Shown here: one piece after another, positions 22,232 through 35,709 of the stretch
Numbering within the stretch: position 1 is the stretch's first letter
How the letters are laid out: every line of letters starts with the position of its first letter
Assembly (NCBI GenBank): GCA_003971905.1
Contig: RSEE01000047.1
Span: 186,001 to 250,000 of the forward strand
Length of the DNA stretch: 64,000 nt
Direction of reading: 5' to 3'
Source of the DNA: Moniliella sp. 'wahieum'
Taxonomy: Eukaryota
Made by a program: the position numbers and the translations under genes
The notes under the pieces: model-generated
What the model saw: only the letters and a program-made list of their open reading frames with translations
Told to the model about the DNA's origin: nothing
Databases searched by the model: none

Positions 22232-25200
22232 TTAGGTTAGATACTGGTCCATCGGCTCGCCAAGGACCTTTTCGATTGCCTTGACCAAGTCCTGAGTTGC
22301 CTCGACCACCTCGGCGTTGGGGTTGCCCAACAGCTCGGACAAGAACGGTGCTGATTCCGGAACGAGACCCAGCAGATCATCTCCCGTTTCAGTCCAAAGA
22401 TGCTGCAGCACCTCCAGGGCCGCTGCCGCCACTTCGGTCGACGTCGCTCGCCGTGCTTTATCGAGCAAGGCGCGGTTGACAGACTTTTGAACCCCTTCCT
22501 CGGCAACCGCGCTGACGATGCCCGTTAAGGATTGAGCCACCTTGGTTGCCACCTCGGCCGAGGGAATGGAGCCGGCACCGACCAAGTCGAGCGCGTCAGT
22601 CAAGATGGACACGGCGCGTGCGGCGCGGGTAGCGTTCCAGAAGCCCCCCTGGTCGTACTGGGCCGACTTGGCGATCGACGCTTGCACCTCGTTCCACAGC
22701 TCGGGGTCATTCACCGTGCCTTGGCGCTGAGCCTCGAGAATCTCGAGTTTGAGGTCAAGTACCGTAGCGTCGTAGGAGGAGATGAGTTGCTTGAGTGTAT
22801 CCTGCATGCGGTTGTAGAAGCGGAAGAAGGTGAGCAGACGAGCACGTACGCCCTTGTCCAACACGGGCGTCTCGTCCTCGGCCAAGTCCAGCGCGGCCCA
22901 GTCGTAAAAGCGGAGGAAGAGCGGGCGGAAGAGCGTTTCGTTGAGCTTGAGAATGACTTGCAGGAACGCCGCATTCGCCGCATCCTCGATCGCCGCCACC
23001 GCTGCCTTGTCCAGCGCCCCACCGCGCATCACCGCCTTGCGCCGCGTGTCGAAGGCCTCGAGCAACAGACGGAAAACTGGCTTGTAAATCTTCACCACCG
23101 TCTTGCGATCCTTCTTGGCCACCAAGCGACGGACCAGGTCCAGCAACGCCGTCATCCGTCCCGCGTGCGCTCCATCGCCATTCGCCACCTGCGCCGCTGC
23201 GACCGCCACCACGTCCTCAGCAGCAAACTGGTTGATCACTGTGCAGACCAAGAGCGAGGGCGGACCAGCATGGCGCACGGTCAACTCCACTGCCAAGCTC
23301 ACCAAGGTGGCCAAGTGGCTCGCCATGAACGACGGAAGCGAATGGGCCAGCTTGCCCAGCAACGCGATACACGCCTTTTCCGTCTCGGTGGGCACCGTGT
23401 CGATTGCCAAGGTGCTCCGCACCGCCTCCACAATTGGGACAGTGAAAGGGATCATCCGTGGACCCAACGGACCAGCCAGGTTGGCTAGCAAGCCAAACAA
23501 GGCTGCCTGTACCTCGGGGTGAGATGAAGTGGCTTGGATGGTGCCCAGCACCGAGGGGACCGCCGTTGTCCAGGCAACAAGTGCCGTATCGGGCAGGTCG
23601 GTAGCCAAGGTTTGAAGAATGCCCAAACAAGCGGGGGCCAGGTCGGCGGTGGGGCCGGCGGGCACGGTGGCCGGGATCAAAGCGGGAAGGAACAGCTCGG
23701 CATACCGGCCCAAAGCTTCGCCTCGCCCCTGGCGTGCCTGCAGCTGGCGGACCGACAAGGCAAAGTGCGACTTGAGATTGGCCGAGACAAACGCAACAAA
23801 CTCGTCCGTTGGCATCCGCTCAGCCGCCGCGTCGACGACCTGAGCAGCATGCATCGACACGGCTGGGGCCGAGTAGGCGAGCGCGCGCACAGCCAGCGGC
23901 GTCAGCCCCCGCTGAACTCCGCTGGGCAAGCTTTGAATCGAGGCGGCGATGAATGCGAGTAGGGCACTGGCCTGCTTGGGGGCGTCATCCGTTGAGGTCG
24001 AGTGTTCGTCACTGCTCTCGGCCAAGCGGTCGAGGAAGATGTGCGAGGAGGCTGCCACGGCATCCATGGGGCCAACCGACAGCAGCCGATCCACCTCATC
24101 CAGTGTCTGGAAGAGCGCGGTAAGATGGGCAGGCTCATTGACAAACTGCCCCACACACTGAGGGGCAAGTCAAGGATTGAGGAAACCGAGGCCACGGGCT
24201 TGGCCACTTTTTTGAATTGGTGATCGACAAACAGCATGCAGACCGGACCAAGGAATTGATCCGCACCCAAGACCCGCACCAACAGCTTGAAGAACGAGAC
24301 ACGTCGGTACTTGGGCATGTACTTGGCCGCGCCAGTGAAGATACGAAGGAGGTCGCGGCAGCGTAGTAGAAGAGCAAACTCATCACCTTCGGGAGCCTGA
24401 GCCTTGTAATCCGTCACCAAAGCCGGAACAATATCCCGAATGACCATCTCGACCATAGAGAGGAGCCACGGTCGTCACGGGACAAGAACGAGGATCCGAC
24501 AAAGGTGAAGATGGGCATGATGTTGTGCACCACCGTCTCTGGTGCCACTTGGGCCACTTGGGCCAACAGCTGCAGAACAGAGTGGATGGAAGACACACTG
24601 AGGGGAAGCTTGATGATGCTCAGCAGTACGTCAACCCTGAAGTGAGTCCACAGCAGCGCATCCTTGCGACCCTGAGAGGCAGTGTGGGACAGAGTCTGCA
24701 CGGCGTACTTGATCACCAATTCCGTGTTAAACAGCCCCGACGAACGGAGGTCATTGACCAACTTCATCACGTCAAAGTACTCGGCCACCAGGTCAACAGA
24801 CAACGCCATATTGCGAGCATGGGCCGCACCCAAGAGGATGGTGAGCGCCCCTGCCTGGACCATCTTGTCGTCAGAGCCAGGCTCAGTGCGCCGACTGCGC
24901 TTCGAGGCAGGGGGAACGACCTCCGAGCTTCCCTCGGTCCCAGACTCGAGGCTGGTGCGCAACTCGTCCAGAGCAGACAAGAAGTCTGGTCGCCAATCCG
25001 AAGGGCATGCAACGCATCTACATTCTGACGAGCATGCTCGTCGTTCGCTGTGGCCCCACTGGTGGCAAGCTTGAGGACCAACTCAAGCTGCATGGGGGAC
25101 TGGATGACACGGAAGATGCGAACGGCAGCTTTGCACGCATCCTGACGCACACGACCTAGACGCATACTAGGTTAGTATACTGGCTCCTAAACGGAAACGA

Positions 25201-28200
25201 ACGAAACATACCAGAGGAACTACTCAGCCCCATCTTCAAGACCCGCCATGGTTCAGACGAGCTAGTCATCTTGTCGGACGAGGCAGTGTCATACGAAGCG
25301 AACATGAGGTCGACCACTCGTTCCACCTGCGCCGTTTCTTTCTCGTCGGAAGAGGGGACAGCAAGCGATTCGAGTAGGTCACCCAGAGCCGGAGCGAGAC
25401 GCTGCACCTTACGGCTGGACTGAGCGGCAGCGAACACGGCCAAGAGATCAGCCGTACCTTGCCACGAGGGCCAGGCTACCGCATGAGACAGGAGGTTCTC
25501 TAGAGCCGAATGCTTAAAGTGCACCACCTTCTTCGAGTCCTTCTCGTCGCCTTTGCGGACGACAGTCAAGACCTGACCCAAATGTTGCACGATGTTCTGC
25601 GCCCCAGCCACAATCGCGCCGGCATGTTCGACCAAGCGCGCTACGAGGGACGCAGCATCCTCCACTTGGAGATAGAGGATTTGCTTCGACCGCTCCGCGC
25701 CATAAACAGCGTCGAATGCAAAAATCCCCTCCACTTCCTTGCGCACCGCGTACAGGCTGGCAACGGCTTGCAGAGCACCTGTACCCGCCAGCCGCACGCT
25801 CTCCTCCTTGTCCGCCAGAGGAATGAGCAGGGCAGGCAGGAGGGTTTGCATGTCGAGCTTTTTGCCCTTGGCAGTGTTGCCATGAAGAGAGCACTGGCGT
25901 GTTGCAGTGCCAAAGCGCGGGTGGGGCAGCAACGGAGACGTCCGTCCAGACCCCAGCCAACACGGTGGCTAGGGCGGGACCCAAGGCCTCCATCAGTTGG
26001 AGGAGCAGCTTCTTGGCCCCGGGGGCTCCAAGCACGCCCGAAGCCAGGTTAAGATACACGGTCCGAGCTAGCTTAGATGCATGCGAGGCATCGCCAATGA
26101 AATACTGCTTGCCAATCGTCCTTTCCGACCCGCGCGGCACGGCCCCCCCGCAGCTTGGAACACAGCCGAGGCAAGTTCAGCGGTAACGAGAGGAGACGGG
26201 CCCTTGGATTGCAACGCCTGGGCCGCATGGGAGAGGCCGACGGCCTTGTCCAACGCAGGAAGAGCGAGCAGCAGTTCAGAACTGGACTGCACAATGGCCT
26301 CCCAGCGAGCCCAAACCGATTGGCTCGTCAGCTTGTTCTGGTCCACGTATGCGCCCAGGACCAGCAGCGCGAGACCATTCGATGGCGAGGGCGAATGCCG
26401 TGCTTGCGTGGCGGCAGAAAGAAGGAAGGAGAAGACGGCCTCCGTCTCAGGAGCGGCATCGTGCTGAATGAGGAAGGCAGCAATGGCTTTGGGCACCTCA
26501 ACCGCATCGTTCCCACCCTTCTGGCATGCCCGTAGGAGGGAAGACCAGTACTTCCCCTTACCGAACTGGGCCTTAGCTAGTTCTTTGCGCAGTGCAGTAG
26601 CCACCGCTTTCGTTTCAGGCGTCGGGACCAGGTAAGGGAAGAGGACGGTGGTGAACACGCTTTGCCGCAGAGTCTCCTGCTCCAAGGGCAGCAGAGGCAG
26701 GGCACTGTTGAAGAGGAAGGCGGCATGGAGGCTAGCGGCGGTGGCCTGGGCGCTGGTGAACTGCTGCTGGGCAAAGATGGCAACAATGGACGAGATAACC
26801 TCCTCGGCCTTGGCCAGACGAAGAAGAACGCCATCTTTTCCCCCTTCGTACACCACCTCTAGAACCTCGGGGGCATGGTCGACCAACGCCGACAGGAGGA
26901 GCTCTTTGACGGCGCTAGGTTCGTCCGACGATTGAACCAACTCCTTTAGAGCCAACACTCGTTCCGAGACTTGGTCCGAGTGGGCAGCAAGCCACAAGTG
27001 ATCGTCTGTCGACGCGCCGTGGAGCACAAAGGAAGACTGGGCAATGAGTGCGGTAAGCAGAGACGACGTCTCCTTCGATTGCTGAGAAAGCTGCTTTTGG
27101 TGCTCCAGCGCCTGAGCAAAAGGGGACGGATGCAGCTGGCGCACCTTGGCCAATACATCGACAAGAGCCCGCTGAGCCGAGAAGAGACGGTCCTTTCCGC
27201 CAACCAGGACACCGATCGACGTGTTGACAGTTTCTTGACGGCTCGTCTCGGGAAGACTAGGGGAGAGCAGTAGCAACTCGAGTGCAGTCTCTGCGTTGGG
27301 GCCATGCGTGGCGGGGTCAAACTCGGCCCAGTTAAGAACGATTGTGGTCATCAAGTAAGTAAGGAAAACCGAGATGTCCGAAACGGCCATAGTCGCCTGC
27401 ATAGAGCTGACAGCGCCCGGGAGAGAGAGAAGGGCGCGCACATGGGCAACAGAGAGGACGCGCGATTTCGGGTTGTAAGGGGCGTTGGCCGAGAGAGAGT
27501 AGCAAGCGAGAAGCACAGCCCCCATGGTCTGCTCACCAAGTTTTTGGGGAATGGGCTCCTCGAGCAAACTGTCAAAAGAAGCCGAGATGGCCTGAGAAGT
27601 GAGGTCAAAGCAACCTGCGATGGTAGAAAATAGAATCGAGGCAGTCATCAGGGCATCCTTCCACCCGGAGAGCGTGGACTTGGATCCGCCCTTTTCGAGG
27701 CGACGCTTCGACTGACCGGCCAATGCTGAGGCAGCAGGCAAGAGCAACCGAAAGGTAGGTTGCATCTTTGGGAGCCAGCGTTGCAGTCACCTTGGCCCCC
27801 CGGGACTGAAGCGAAGAGAGAGAGTCGCTGGGCTGGTTTGAGCAAAGGACGCTAAAATGGACCAATGTCGAGAGCCAAAAGCTGGCCAGGGGGCGGTGGG
27901 GAGGAAGACCAGCCAGCGACTTGTCCACCGACAGCACTGTTGAGGAAGGATGGATGAGCGATGCGATCCAGCGCAACAGTTGGACGGCATGCGTAGTCTC
28001 GGTGGCGCTGCTGAGGCTGGAGATCAGCGAAGCAAGAGGGAAGGCACGCGTTTCTGAAGCACCCAGACCGCCAGTGGACGTAGATGACTGAATCTGGCGC
28101 TGGTATGGCTTGAGGAAAAATGCCATGAGCGGAGCCTTGTCCAAGTTGGAGATTTGGACAATGCGGGCGAAATGGGGGGTTTCATGGAAGGGAATGAATG

Positions 28201-28641
28201 TAGCGATGAGGGTCTGAACGTTGAACTCGTGCACTCGGAAGCGGCGGACAAGCCATTCCACCACCTTGGCTACGTGGCGATCTGTGATCAGGTGCGCAAG
28301 ACGCAGAAACCACACATCGAGGTAGGCGTCAAGTTGCCGGTTGTCCTCGACGGAGAGTTGGGTGCGGTCGCGGGCAAGACTACTGTTGCCAAGGAGGTAA
28401 GAAACAACGGGGGCACCTGTTTCTGACTCGGCCCAGTCTGCTAGTCGGGGTGCTCGAGGCAGACTTCATCCCAGCCATTGGCAGCGATGGAGTGGACGGT
28501 GCGCAAGTCTTGGAAGCCGGCCTCGCGGGCCGAGTAGAGGTACGAGGTGACGACGTGAGCGTACTTGTCCTGGGCAGAGGTGGCGAGACGCTGCGCGTTG
28601 AGCGAGCGCAGGTTGGACAGCTGCGACGCCAACGACGACAT
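22232..28641 (-). CDS. UTP10: U3 snoRNA-associated HEAT-repeat protein Utp10/HEATR1; intron near 25158-25210 and multiple frameshifts
   Basis: N-terminus MSSLASQLSNLRS...SYLYSAREA; KVVEWLVRRFRVHEFN..LIATFIPFHETPHFARIVQI; PETVVHNIMPIFTFVGSS..SRDD; C-terminal BP28CT-like KLNETLFRPLFLRFYDWA and PESAPFLSELL...IEKVLGEPMDQYLT*. Confidence 0.95.
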
Positions 28642-29219
28642 GGCGGAAGCAATGCCTGTGCCGTGGGGGAGGGGGGGGGGGGGAAGGGGGGAAGGGGGTG
28701 TGGCTGGTGAGGGACTGCGGGGAGGGACACCGCGAAAGTATACGCCAAGGTCGAAAAAAAAGAGGGGGCGGAATCAGGTGACGAAATGTCGCATATTCCG
28801 CTCCTACCGCAACTGCCCCCTACCGCCCCCCCGTGGCATCGAGGATTGAATATTGAATGGCGATTGCCGCCAAAGAGCCCTATCGTGCCGGATCCTGCCG
28901 CATTTGGTACACTATACGGTCCCTTCTTCGATTCGATCTACTCAGCATATGGCCCCGCGATAGTTGTGTGCACCAAGTTACCAGCACACCGTCATCTGTC
29001 CTGGTTTCCATCTTGAACACGACCACCTTCTTGTACTCATCGTTGCTAGGTGCTATTGGCCAGAGGGTGAGAACGTGCTTACGTTCCGCCGACTTGTTTC
29101 AAAATTCCCATCGTAATCCTCCCAGGGCCTCCAGCCGCCCGCCAGCCACAACAGAGCTGTAGATCAGATCAATCAGAGGCTGTTGTGGTCCCACCAACTT
29201 CATCTTACGCCTTCGCGTT

Positions 29220-30373
29220 ATGGCCGGACCCCTAACTCTGCAAACAGCAATCCCCCTGTCCGATGGGCATGCCATACCTCAACTTGGGCTCGGTGTCTAC
29301 CTGAGCCGAGGCAGCGATGGTGTGGAATCGGTGAAACGCGCTTTGGGCCTCGGCGTTCGCCATATCGACACGGCCGTGTGGTATGGGAACGAAGCGACGG
29401 TGGGCGAAGGGCTGCACAGTTTTCTCAGCGATCCAAACAAGAATACACAGGGCCTCAAGCGTGAGGACGTATTCATCACGTCTAAGATTTGGGACGACCA
29501 GCATGAAGGTGCACTCGAAGCGGTTAAGGAGAGCGTGGCAAAGATTGGCTCCTACCTGGATCTCATGCTCATTCACAGTCCCAACCCTGGGAAGAAGCGC
29601 GGCTCAAGGCGTGGGCCGGATTGATGGAGGCCAAGAAGCAAGGTTTGGTCAAGTCCATTGGTGTGTCGTACGTTAGCTCTCTGCATTGACCATGCTGATG
29701 CACCCAGCCGACCTCGTCAGGATGACGAAGCTGACGATTTTTTGCAGCAACTATGGTGTGCATCACCTCGAAGAACTGGTTGCTGCTTATCCAAACGAGT
29801 GAGTCTGGGGTCCTCTTGTGTTTGAATGTTCGAGCTCACCTAAATATCGTCTAGTCCTCCTGTTGTCAACCAGATCGAGGTGTCTCCCTTTTTCCAGCGC
29901 AAGGATATCATTTCGTCCGCCGTCGTGGCCAAGTACAAGATTGTCATCGAGGCGTACTCTCCTCTTGGGAAGGGAAAGCATATCGAAGCCCCTGAGATCC
30001 ATGCTGTGGGACGGGTACGTTGATCCTGTTACTGTAACCCATACCCCACTTACTAATCCTTGCATTCTGCCTCTCTTTGTGCTGGCGAGCAGAAGCTGGG
30101 AAAGACTCCGGCTCAAGTGCTAATTCGCTGGTCGCTCCAAAAGGGCTACGTGGTCATTCCCAAGGGAACCGGGCAGCATGTTGATGAGAATGCAAATGTG
30201 TTTGATTTTGCTCTGAGCCCGGATGACATGCGTTTCCTCGATACTCTGGAGACGGGCGAAGGCGTAACCTGGAATCGTATGTATCGCTGAGAGCGTGTGG
30301 GTGTGATTTTGGCCTTGGTGCCCCTTACTGACACGTTTGTTTTGCCTTGGACCTAGCTTGCCTTGTCCCTTAG
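29220..30373 (+). CDS. Aldo-keto reductase (AKR5/2,5-DKG reductase-like); introns about 29668-29747, 29799-29854, 30015-30092 and 30277-30356; one frameshift near 29595
   Basis: IPQLGLGVY, GVRHIDTAVWYGNE, KREDVFITSKIW, YLDLMLIHSP, VKSIGVS|NYG, PVVNQIEVSP, EAYSPLG, KTPAQVLIRWSLQKG.VVIPK, ENANVFDFAL. The last micro-exon gives WNPCLVP*. Confidence 0.93.
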
Positions 30374-30867
30374 GATGGTCCTCTGGGGGATGGCGCCGCT
30401 TCGGCGGCTGTATGGGCAGGGTGGAGGAGGTCGAGTACCTTGTCCAAGGTTCCACCCGTCATCACCTGCGCCGTGGATGGGCGAGGTGGAGACAAGAGGG
30501 ATCCATCGTTTATCGATTATCTCCCACCTGCGGTCAACCAATCTACGCTGGTCGATGATGATTATCGAGATTATCTATCCCTCTGCTGTGCCATTGCCGA
30601 ATGCATCATGCCGCTATTATGATTATCGCCGAGCTAAGGCGCTCAGCGAGCACTCATCGAGACCACAGGGTCATGGTTATTCTGTTATCGCTCGCTCGCT
30701 CGAACAACCACTGGCTGCGGCCTTGGTGCTGCGTATAAGGCTGTGGAAGACGAGCGTGTCGTCGGAGTTGCGACAGACCCGATTGAGGTGGCGGAAAGTG
30801 GCTGTGACCCAGGCGACTACGCAGCGAACACATCGGCTGTCTGTCCGCAGCTCAAAGCAGTGTAGGA

Positions 30868-31304
30868 TGATGCATGATAGATGATGAGTGATGTGTGATC
30901 GATTGTTGATCGATGTACGAGCTGTTCTTCTGTGTCCAGATGTGACATGTGACGTCGACATGTGACAGGCGGGAAGCTGCCTTGTACGGCCTGGACCAGC
31001 AAGCCTGCTGCAGCTAGGCTACGCTTGGCAGGCCTGGTTCGGCCCTGGGCACTAGGCACTAACCGGTAACCGGCAACCTGTCAGGCCTTAGGCTAAGGCC
31101 TTAGGCCTCCCGCGGGCCAAGCCGCGCGTCACGCGCGTCACCGGCCATGCATCATGCATCGGCTAGGGCCCAGATGCCACCTGCCCAGTGTGGCCCAGCC
31201 TGGCAGCACAGCCAGGTACAGCAGACACAGCCCCACCAGGTGCTGTATGGTGCACTGCTGCGGGTCGTCGGAGGCAGACATGATGCATGATGCATGACGC
31301 GTGA
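30868..31304. repeat. Cluster of heptamer arrays upstream of the annexin gene (cores TGCA, TCGA, CATG, CCGG, GGCC, CGCG)
   Basis: TAACCGG TAACCGG CAACCTG TCAGGCC TTAGGC TAAGGCC TTAGGCC at 31060-31107; TGATGCA TGATGCA TGACGCG TGA at 31281-31304. Confidence 0.88.
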
Positions 31305-31416
31305 CGACGTTCGCGGCGCGTGCATCGCAATACTTAAGTCGCGCCGCCCCGCCCCTCTCGCGCCTGCTCCTCCCCACCCCCACCCCCACCCCCACGCGCC
31401 CCTGCACCTATCTACC

Positions 31417-33042
31417 ATGTCTGCAAACCCCGGCGGCTACCCCCCCCAGGGCCCGCCCTACCCCAACTCCGGCTATCCGTCCCAGGCCCCGTCCTACCCC
31501 CCGGCCGGCTATCCGTCTCAGGCCCCCGCCTACCCCCAGTCTGGCTACCCCCAACAGGGCGCCAACCACGGCTTTGCGCCCCCTTCTGGCCTTCCTCCCC
31601 CTAACCACCAAGCCGGCGGTTACGGCGGTGGCTACCCCTCTGGTCCTCCTCAACAGGGATATGGAGCTCCTCCCGGTCCTCCTCAACAGGGATATGGAGC
31701 ACCCCCCGGTCCTCCTCAACAGGGATATGGAGCTCCTCCTGGTCGTCCTCAACAGGGATATGGAGCTCCTCCTGGTCCTCCCCCTCAGCAAGGATATGGG
31801 GCTCCCTCGGGTCCTCCACATCATCAAGGATACGGGGCTCCCCCTGGTCCTCCTCAACATGGATACGGAGCACCCTCCGGTCCTCCTCAACAAGGGTACG
31901 GTGCGCCCCATGGCCCTCCGCCTCAGCAAGGATACGGCGCGCCCCCTGGCCCTCCGCATGGGCACCCTGGTAGCTATGGTCCAGGGCAAGGCGCTGCCCC
32001 TGCCCATGGCCACGCAGCTGGTGGAACTGGATACACGTACCTCGGGATTTCAGTGCCGCCTCCGCCGCCGCACCAAGGGCTGCCCCCTGCGCCAGCAATG
32101 GATGTGTCGGGCAAGGTGGAGCGGATCTACAAGGCGATGAAAGGGTTCGGTACGGACGACAAGACGCTCATCCGCGAACTCTGCTCCCAGCATGATCCCT
32201 TTGTCATTGATGCAGTGCGAACAGGTTACAAGCAGTACAAGGGTAAAGATTTGATGAAGGCGGTGGAGGGGGATGTGAGCGGATGGTATGAGGCGGTGCT
32301 GCGCTGGCAAGTGTATGGCCCAGTGATGGGCGATGTGGTGGCGCTGAAGCGGGCAATGAAGGGAGCTGGGACGGACGAGTCGGTGCTGACCGAGATTCTT
32401 TTGGGGCGGTCCAACTCGGATATGCACTTGCTCAAATCGGCTTACCAAGCCACGTACAGCAAGCGTCTTGAGGATGACGTGTCGGGCGAGCTGTCGTTCA
32501 AGACCAATCGCATGTTTGCCCAGGCGTTGGCCGGGGCACGGGAGGAACACGCGCCTGTTGACCCTCAACGCGTTGAGGCAGATGTGCGCCAACTGTACAC
32601 GGCGATGCGCGGAGCAGGCACCGACGAGGATGCTATCACTTCCATCCTGCTCTCCCGCAGTGATGCCCAATTGGTCGCGATCGCTCAGCGTTACAGGCAA
32701 GTCCACAACAAGGCCCTTTCGTCCGCCTTGGAGGGTGACTTTAGTGGGCACATGAAGGAAGGCATTCTCTACATTGTCACTGGGGCCGAAGACCCTGCAG
32801 GAGTGCAAGGCTATGGGATCCAGCGCGATGCCAACCTCATCTTCAAAGCGTTTGATGGTGCTGGCACCAAGGACCGCGACCTGGTTCGACGTGTGTGTCG
32901 TGCGTCGTGGAACCGGGCGCGGTTCCAGGCTGTCAAGCAGGCGTACCGTCGACTGCACAAGCACGATATCTCGGTTCGCATCAAGCGCGAGACGTCTGGC
33001 AACTACGAGCAAGCTCTTGTCACTGTTGTTGATACGGCTTGA
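31417..33042 (+). CDS. Annexin (ANXA7/fungal annexin-like) with a long G/P/Y/Q-rich N-terminal tail
   Basis: Four annexin repeats: [40 protein letters not shown]. Ends with [11 protein letters not shown]. Confidence 0.96.
   Translation: MSANPGGYPPQGPPYPNSGYPSQAPSYPPAGYPSQAPAYPQSGYPQQGANHGFAPPSGLPPPNHQAGGYGGGYPSGPPQQGYGAPPGPPQQGYGAPPGPPQQGYGAPPGRPQQGYGAPPGPPPQQGYGAPSGPPHHQGYGAPPGPPQHGYGAPSGPPQQGYGAPHGPPPQQGYGAPPGPPHGHPGSYGPGQGAAPAHGHAAGGTGYTYLGISVPPPPPHQGLPPAPAMDVSGKVERIYKAMKGFGTDDKTLIRELCSQHDPFVIDAVRTGYKQYKGKDLMKAVEGDVSGWYEAVLRWQVYGPVMGDVVALKRAMKGAGTDESVLTEILLGRSNSDMHLLKSAYQATYSKRLEDDVSGELSFKTNRMFAQALAGAREEHAPVDPQRVEADVRQLYTAMRGAGTDEDAITSILLSRSDAQLVAIAQRYRQVHNKALSSALEGDFSGHMKEGILYIVTGAEDPAGVQGYGIQRDANLIFKAFDGAGTKDRDLVRRVCRASWNRARFQAVKQAYRRLHKHDISVRIKRETSGNYEQALVTVVDTA
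31642..31950 (+). repeat. Coding tandem repeat, about 33-bp unit ([11 protein letters not shown]), in the annexin N-terminus
   Basis: GGTCCTCCTCAACAGGGATATGGAGC... recurs at 31642, 31675, 31708 and 31741, followed by diverged copies. Confidence 0.9.
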
Positions 33043-33996
33043 AGCTGGAGCTCACGATTTTTCCTCTTTGCTATTTCGTCTGAATGATGTTGATTCATGG
33101 AGTGGGCTACCTAGAACTCATCCTGATGGGAGTGTGCCTCGTCCTGTACCGGATACTGTGAGATATGATGGATCGATTCCCAGACAGGAGCCCGTCGGGA
33201 ACAGAACAGGGAGAGTCGTGATAGGATGGCACGGAAGGTAATGTGCAAGTAGCTGCATGCATCGCGGCGTTGATATGCTGTGGCTCACATGTGTCACATC
33301 AGCGCACCAGCGTTTCAGCATATCGCGAGTGGATGCTTTTCATGTCAGCTGCAGATAGATTGGTGCTGCAGGACAGAGTGATGTTGACAAACTTAAAGTT
33401 TCTTATGAAGGGTCCATCCTGTGTGCGTCCAGCCTAGTCGCTCGTGTATTCTCAAGCGCTCGCACCAGGGCAATCTCAGGTGGGGCCGGTGGTGAATAAT
33501 TCGGGAGGTGCTAGTGGCGCTGGCGGTATACTGGTCCCAAGCGACAGGCGGAATGCGTTGTGTTAGGGATGGGAGCCAGCTGGCTCGCAGCATCATGCTT
33601 GAGGCTTGAAGCGGAAGGCCACTGGAAGACTGGCCAACACACCCACTCGTGAAAGTCAAAGCTTTGTGTGGACGACAGTTTGCGTTGGGGTGTGGCGTTC
33701 GGCGCGTCCTGCATGCATGCATGTATGCCGCTGCTGGGACGGCGTGGGGCGTCGGAGCATCCCAAGCACCCGCCTCTGTCACTCGCATCCCCCCACCAGT
33801 CACTACACCCGACACATCCACACCAGCGCATGTGCGGCCCGTGCTGAGGCAAGACTTCTCTCACACCCCCAAGCAGCCAGCTGAGTACACTGAGTACTAG
33901 TCAGGCTGCCAGGCCTCTAAGATCGAAGCCCCAAGCTCCCGCCTCCCCTCATTTACACGCACACAGACACCACCATCCCCACCCCGCACTTGACCC

Positions 33997-35026
33997 ATGC
34001 CTGAATTCACCCTTATGGTCCAGCGCCGCTTCGGCTCCAAAAAGCCCGGCATCACCAACCTCAAGCCCTCCAAGTTCCCCTGCTACTTTACCTTTGCTAC
34101 CGCACCCACTGTGGGCGAGCTCAAGGCGGCCATTGCCCAACGCACCCGCCGATCCGTCTCGCGCCAACGTCTTTGCACCTCCAACCTGGAGGCCATCCCA
34201 CTGCTCGATGACAGTGCCAAGCTCGACGAATACATCCCCAACGGTGGATGCCTCGACATTGAGGACCTGGGTCCGCAGGTCGCCTGGCGCACCGTCTTCC
34301 TCACTGAATATGCTGGTCCTCTTTTCATTCACCCGGCCCTCTACCTCGGCGCCACGCGCCTCTGGCACACCGAGTTCCAGCATGGCCAAATGCAGCGCCT
34401 CGCACTGGGGCTCGTAACGGGCCACTATGCCAAGCGCATATTGGAAACCGTTCTTGTCCACCGTTTTTCTAATGCTACAATGCCCCGCTTTGCTTTGCTC
34501 AAAAACTCAGCACATTACTGGCTTCTTTCTGGCGTCCTCCTTGCCCTTGGTGTGTACGGCCCTGGGAAAGGGCAAGTGGCGCAGCAAGATGGCCTGCGCG
34601 CGGACGGATCCAACTGGAACACCTTTTGGGCTTCGGCCATGGTGGTGGCAGAACTGGGCAACCTGGTGTGCCATGTGATGCTCTCCAAGTTGCGTCCGTC
34701 CGGTACGCGCGTGCGCAAGATCCCTCGCGGGTTTATGTTTGATCTAGTTAGCTGCCCGCACTACTTGTTCGAGGTATGGACCATCTCCTCTTCTTTTTGA
34801 GTTTGCAGCATACTTACCCCCCTCCCTCCCTCCTCCTCCGTGCCTGTTCCAGACTCTTTCATGGACCTGCTTCACTTTCTTGACAGGCGCGCCCATCGCC
34901 TTGCTCTTCACCGCCGTCTCAACTGCGCAGATGGTATCGTCGGCTCTCAAGAGACACGATGCCTATCGCAACGAGTTCAAGGAGTACCCTCCCAAGCGCA
35001 AGGCCATCTTCCCCTTCGTTCTCTAA
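33997..35026 (+). CDS. TSC13: Very-long-chain enoyl-CoA reductase; intron at 34774-34852
   Basis: Ubiquitin-like N-terminus, EDLGPQVAWRTVFLTEYAGPL, HYAKRILETVLVHRFSNATMP, KNSAHYW, IPRGFMFDLVSCPHYLFE|TLSW, and the end YRNEFKEYPPKRKAIFPFVL*. Confidence 0.95.
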
Positions 35027-35709
35027 CTCGGCAGAGTTCGTTGGGCCCCGGGAATAAGTGGCGTGCACAGCGCCATCAGTGCAGCAATGATGAGACAAGG
35101 TTAAACCTCTTACTCTCCAATTGTGGCGACAGGAGCGATGTCGGCGACAATTGTAGGCTCAGTGATGGATGTAGCAAGCAGGCTATATCTGTAGAAAGGA
35201 GGGTTGATCATGGGCAATTGCTCTGTGCTGCACTTTGCCCGGTGGGACCAGGTGCGCCACGCCGGCAACATCGCCCCGCGCCGCCAAACACGAGAAGTCC
35301 CACAAGGGTCGCGTTCCCGCCCATATTGGCGGATCGATCAAGAGTACTCCAACCGGTGTGAAGGTTGTGTACCTTGGCAGTGGTGCTGGCGCCCCCCCAA
35401 ACGGCTTTTGTTGCGCGACTTGCCAAGCAACGCGCCAAGAACGATGAAGATTGCGTTATCATGTAAACCAGGTTGATCATCCGGTATAGTATAGTAGGCA
35501 GCAGGCAGTGTCGTATACATGTTATCTCCCGCTATGGTATTTGCCTAACCTTTCGCCTGGGCTACGTGAGAGGGATAGGGTCTTGCAGTTCATACTGTAC
35601 ATTATCTCTTCGCTCGCCTCCGCACGGGCGGCCCACCTGCTTCGAATGGCACCGGCAGTCCATTTCAGATCCCCAGGCTCCAACAACAGCTTGGAAGTAT
35701 TTGGACAGC

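Noticed and set aside
22232..28641. UTP10, DHODH, Snf2 and Brh2 as pseudogenes or programmed-frameshift genes
   Set aside because: Motifs are intact, breaks are scattered single-base indels mostly at short homopolymers, and no shared slippery site or stimulatory structure is seen.
32050..33012. Long antisense ORFs (32050-33012, 22532-23488, 35473-36402, 13059-14120)
   Set aside because: They are shadows of real genes on the opposite strand, expected in GC-rich DNA with biased codon use.
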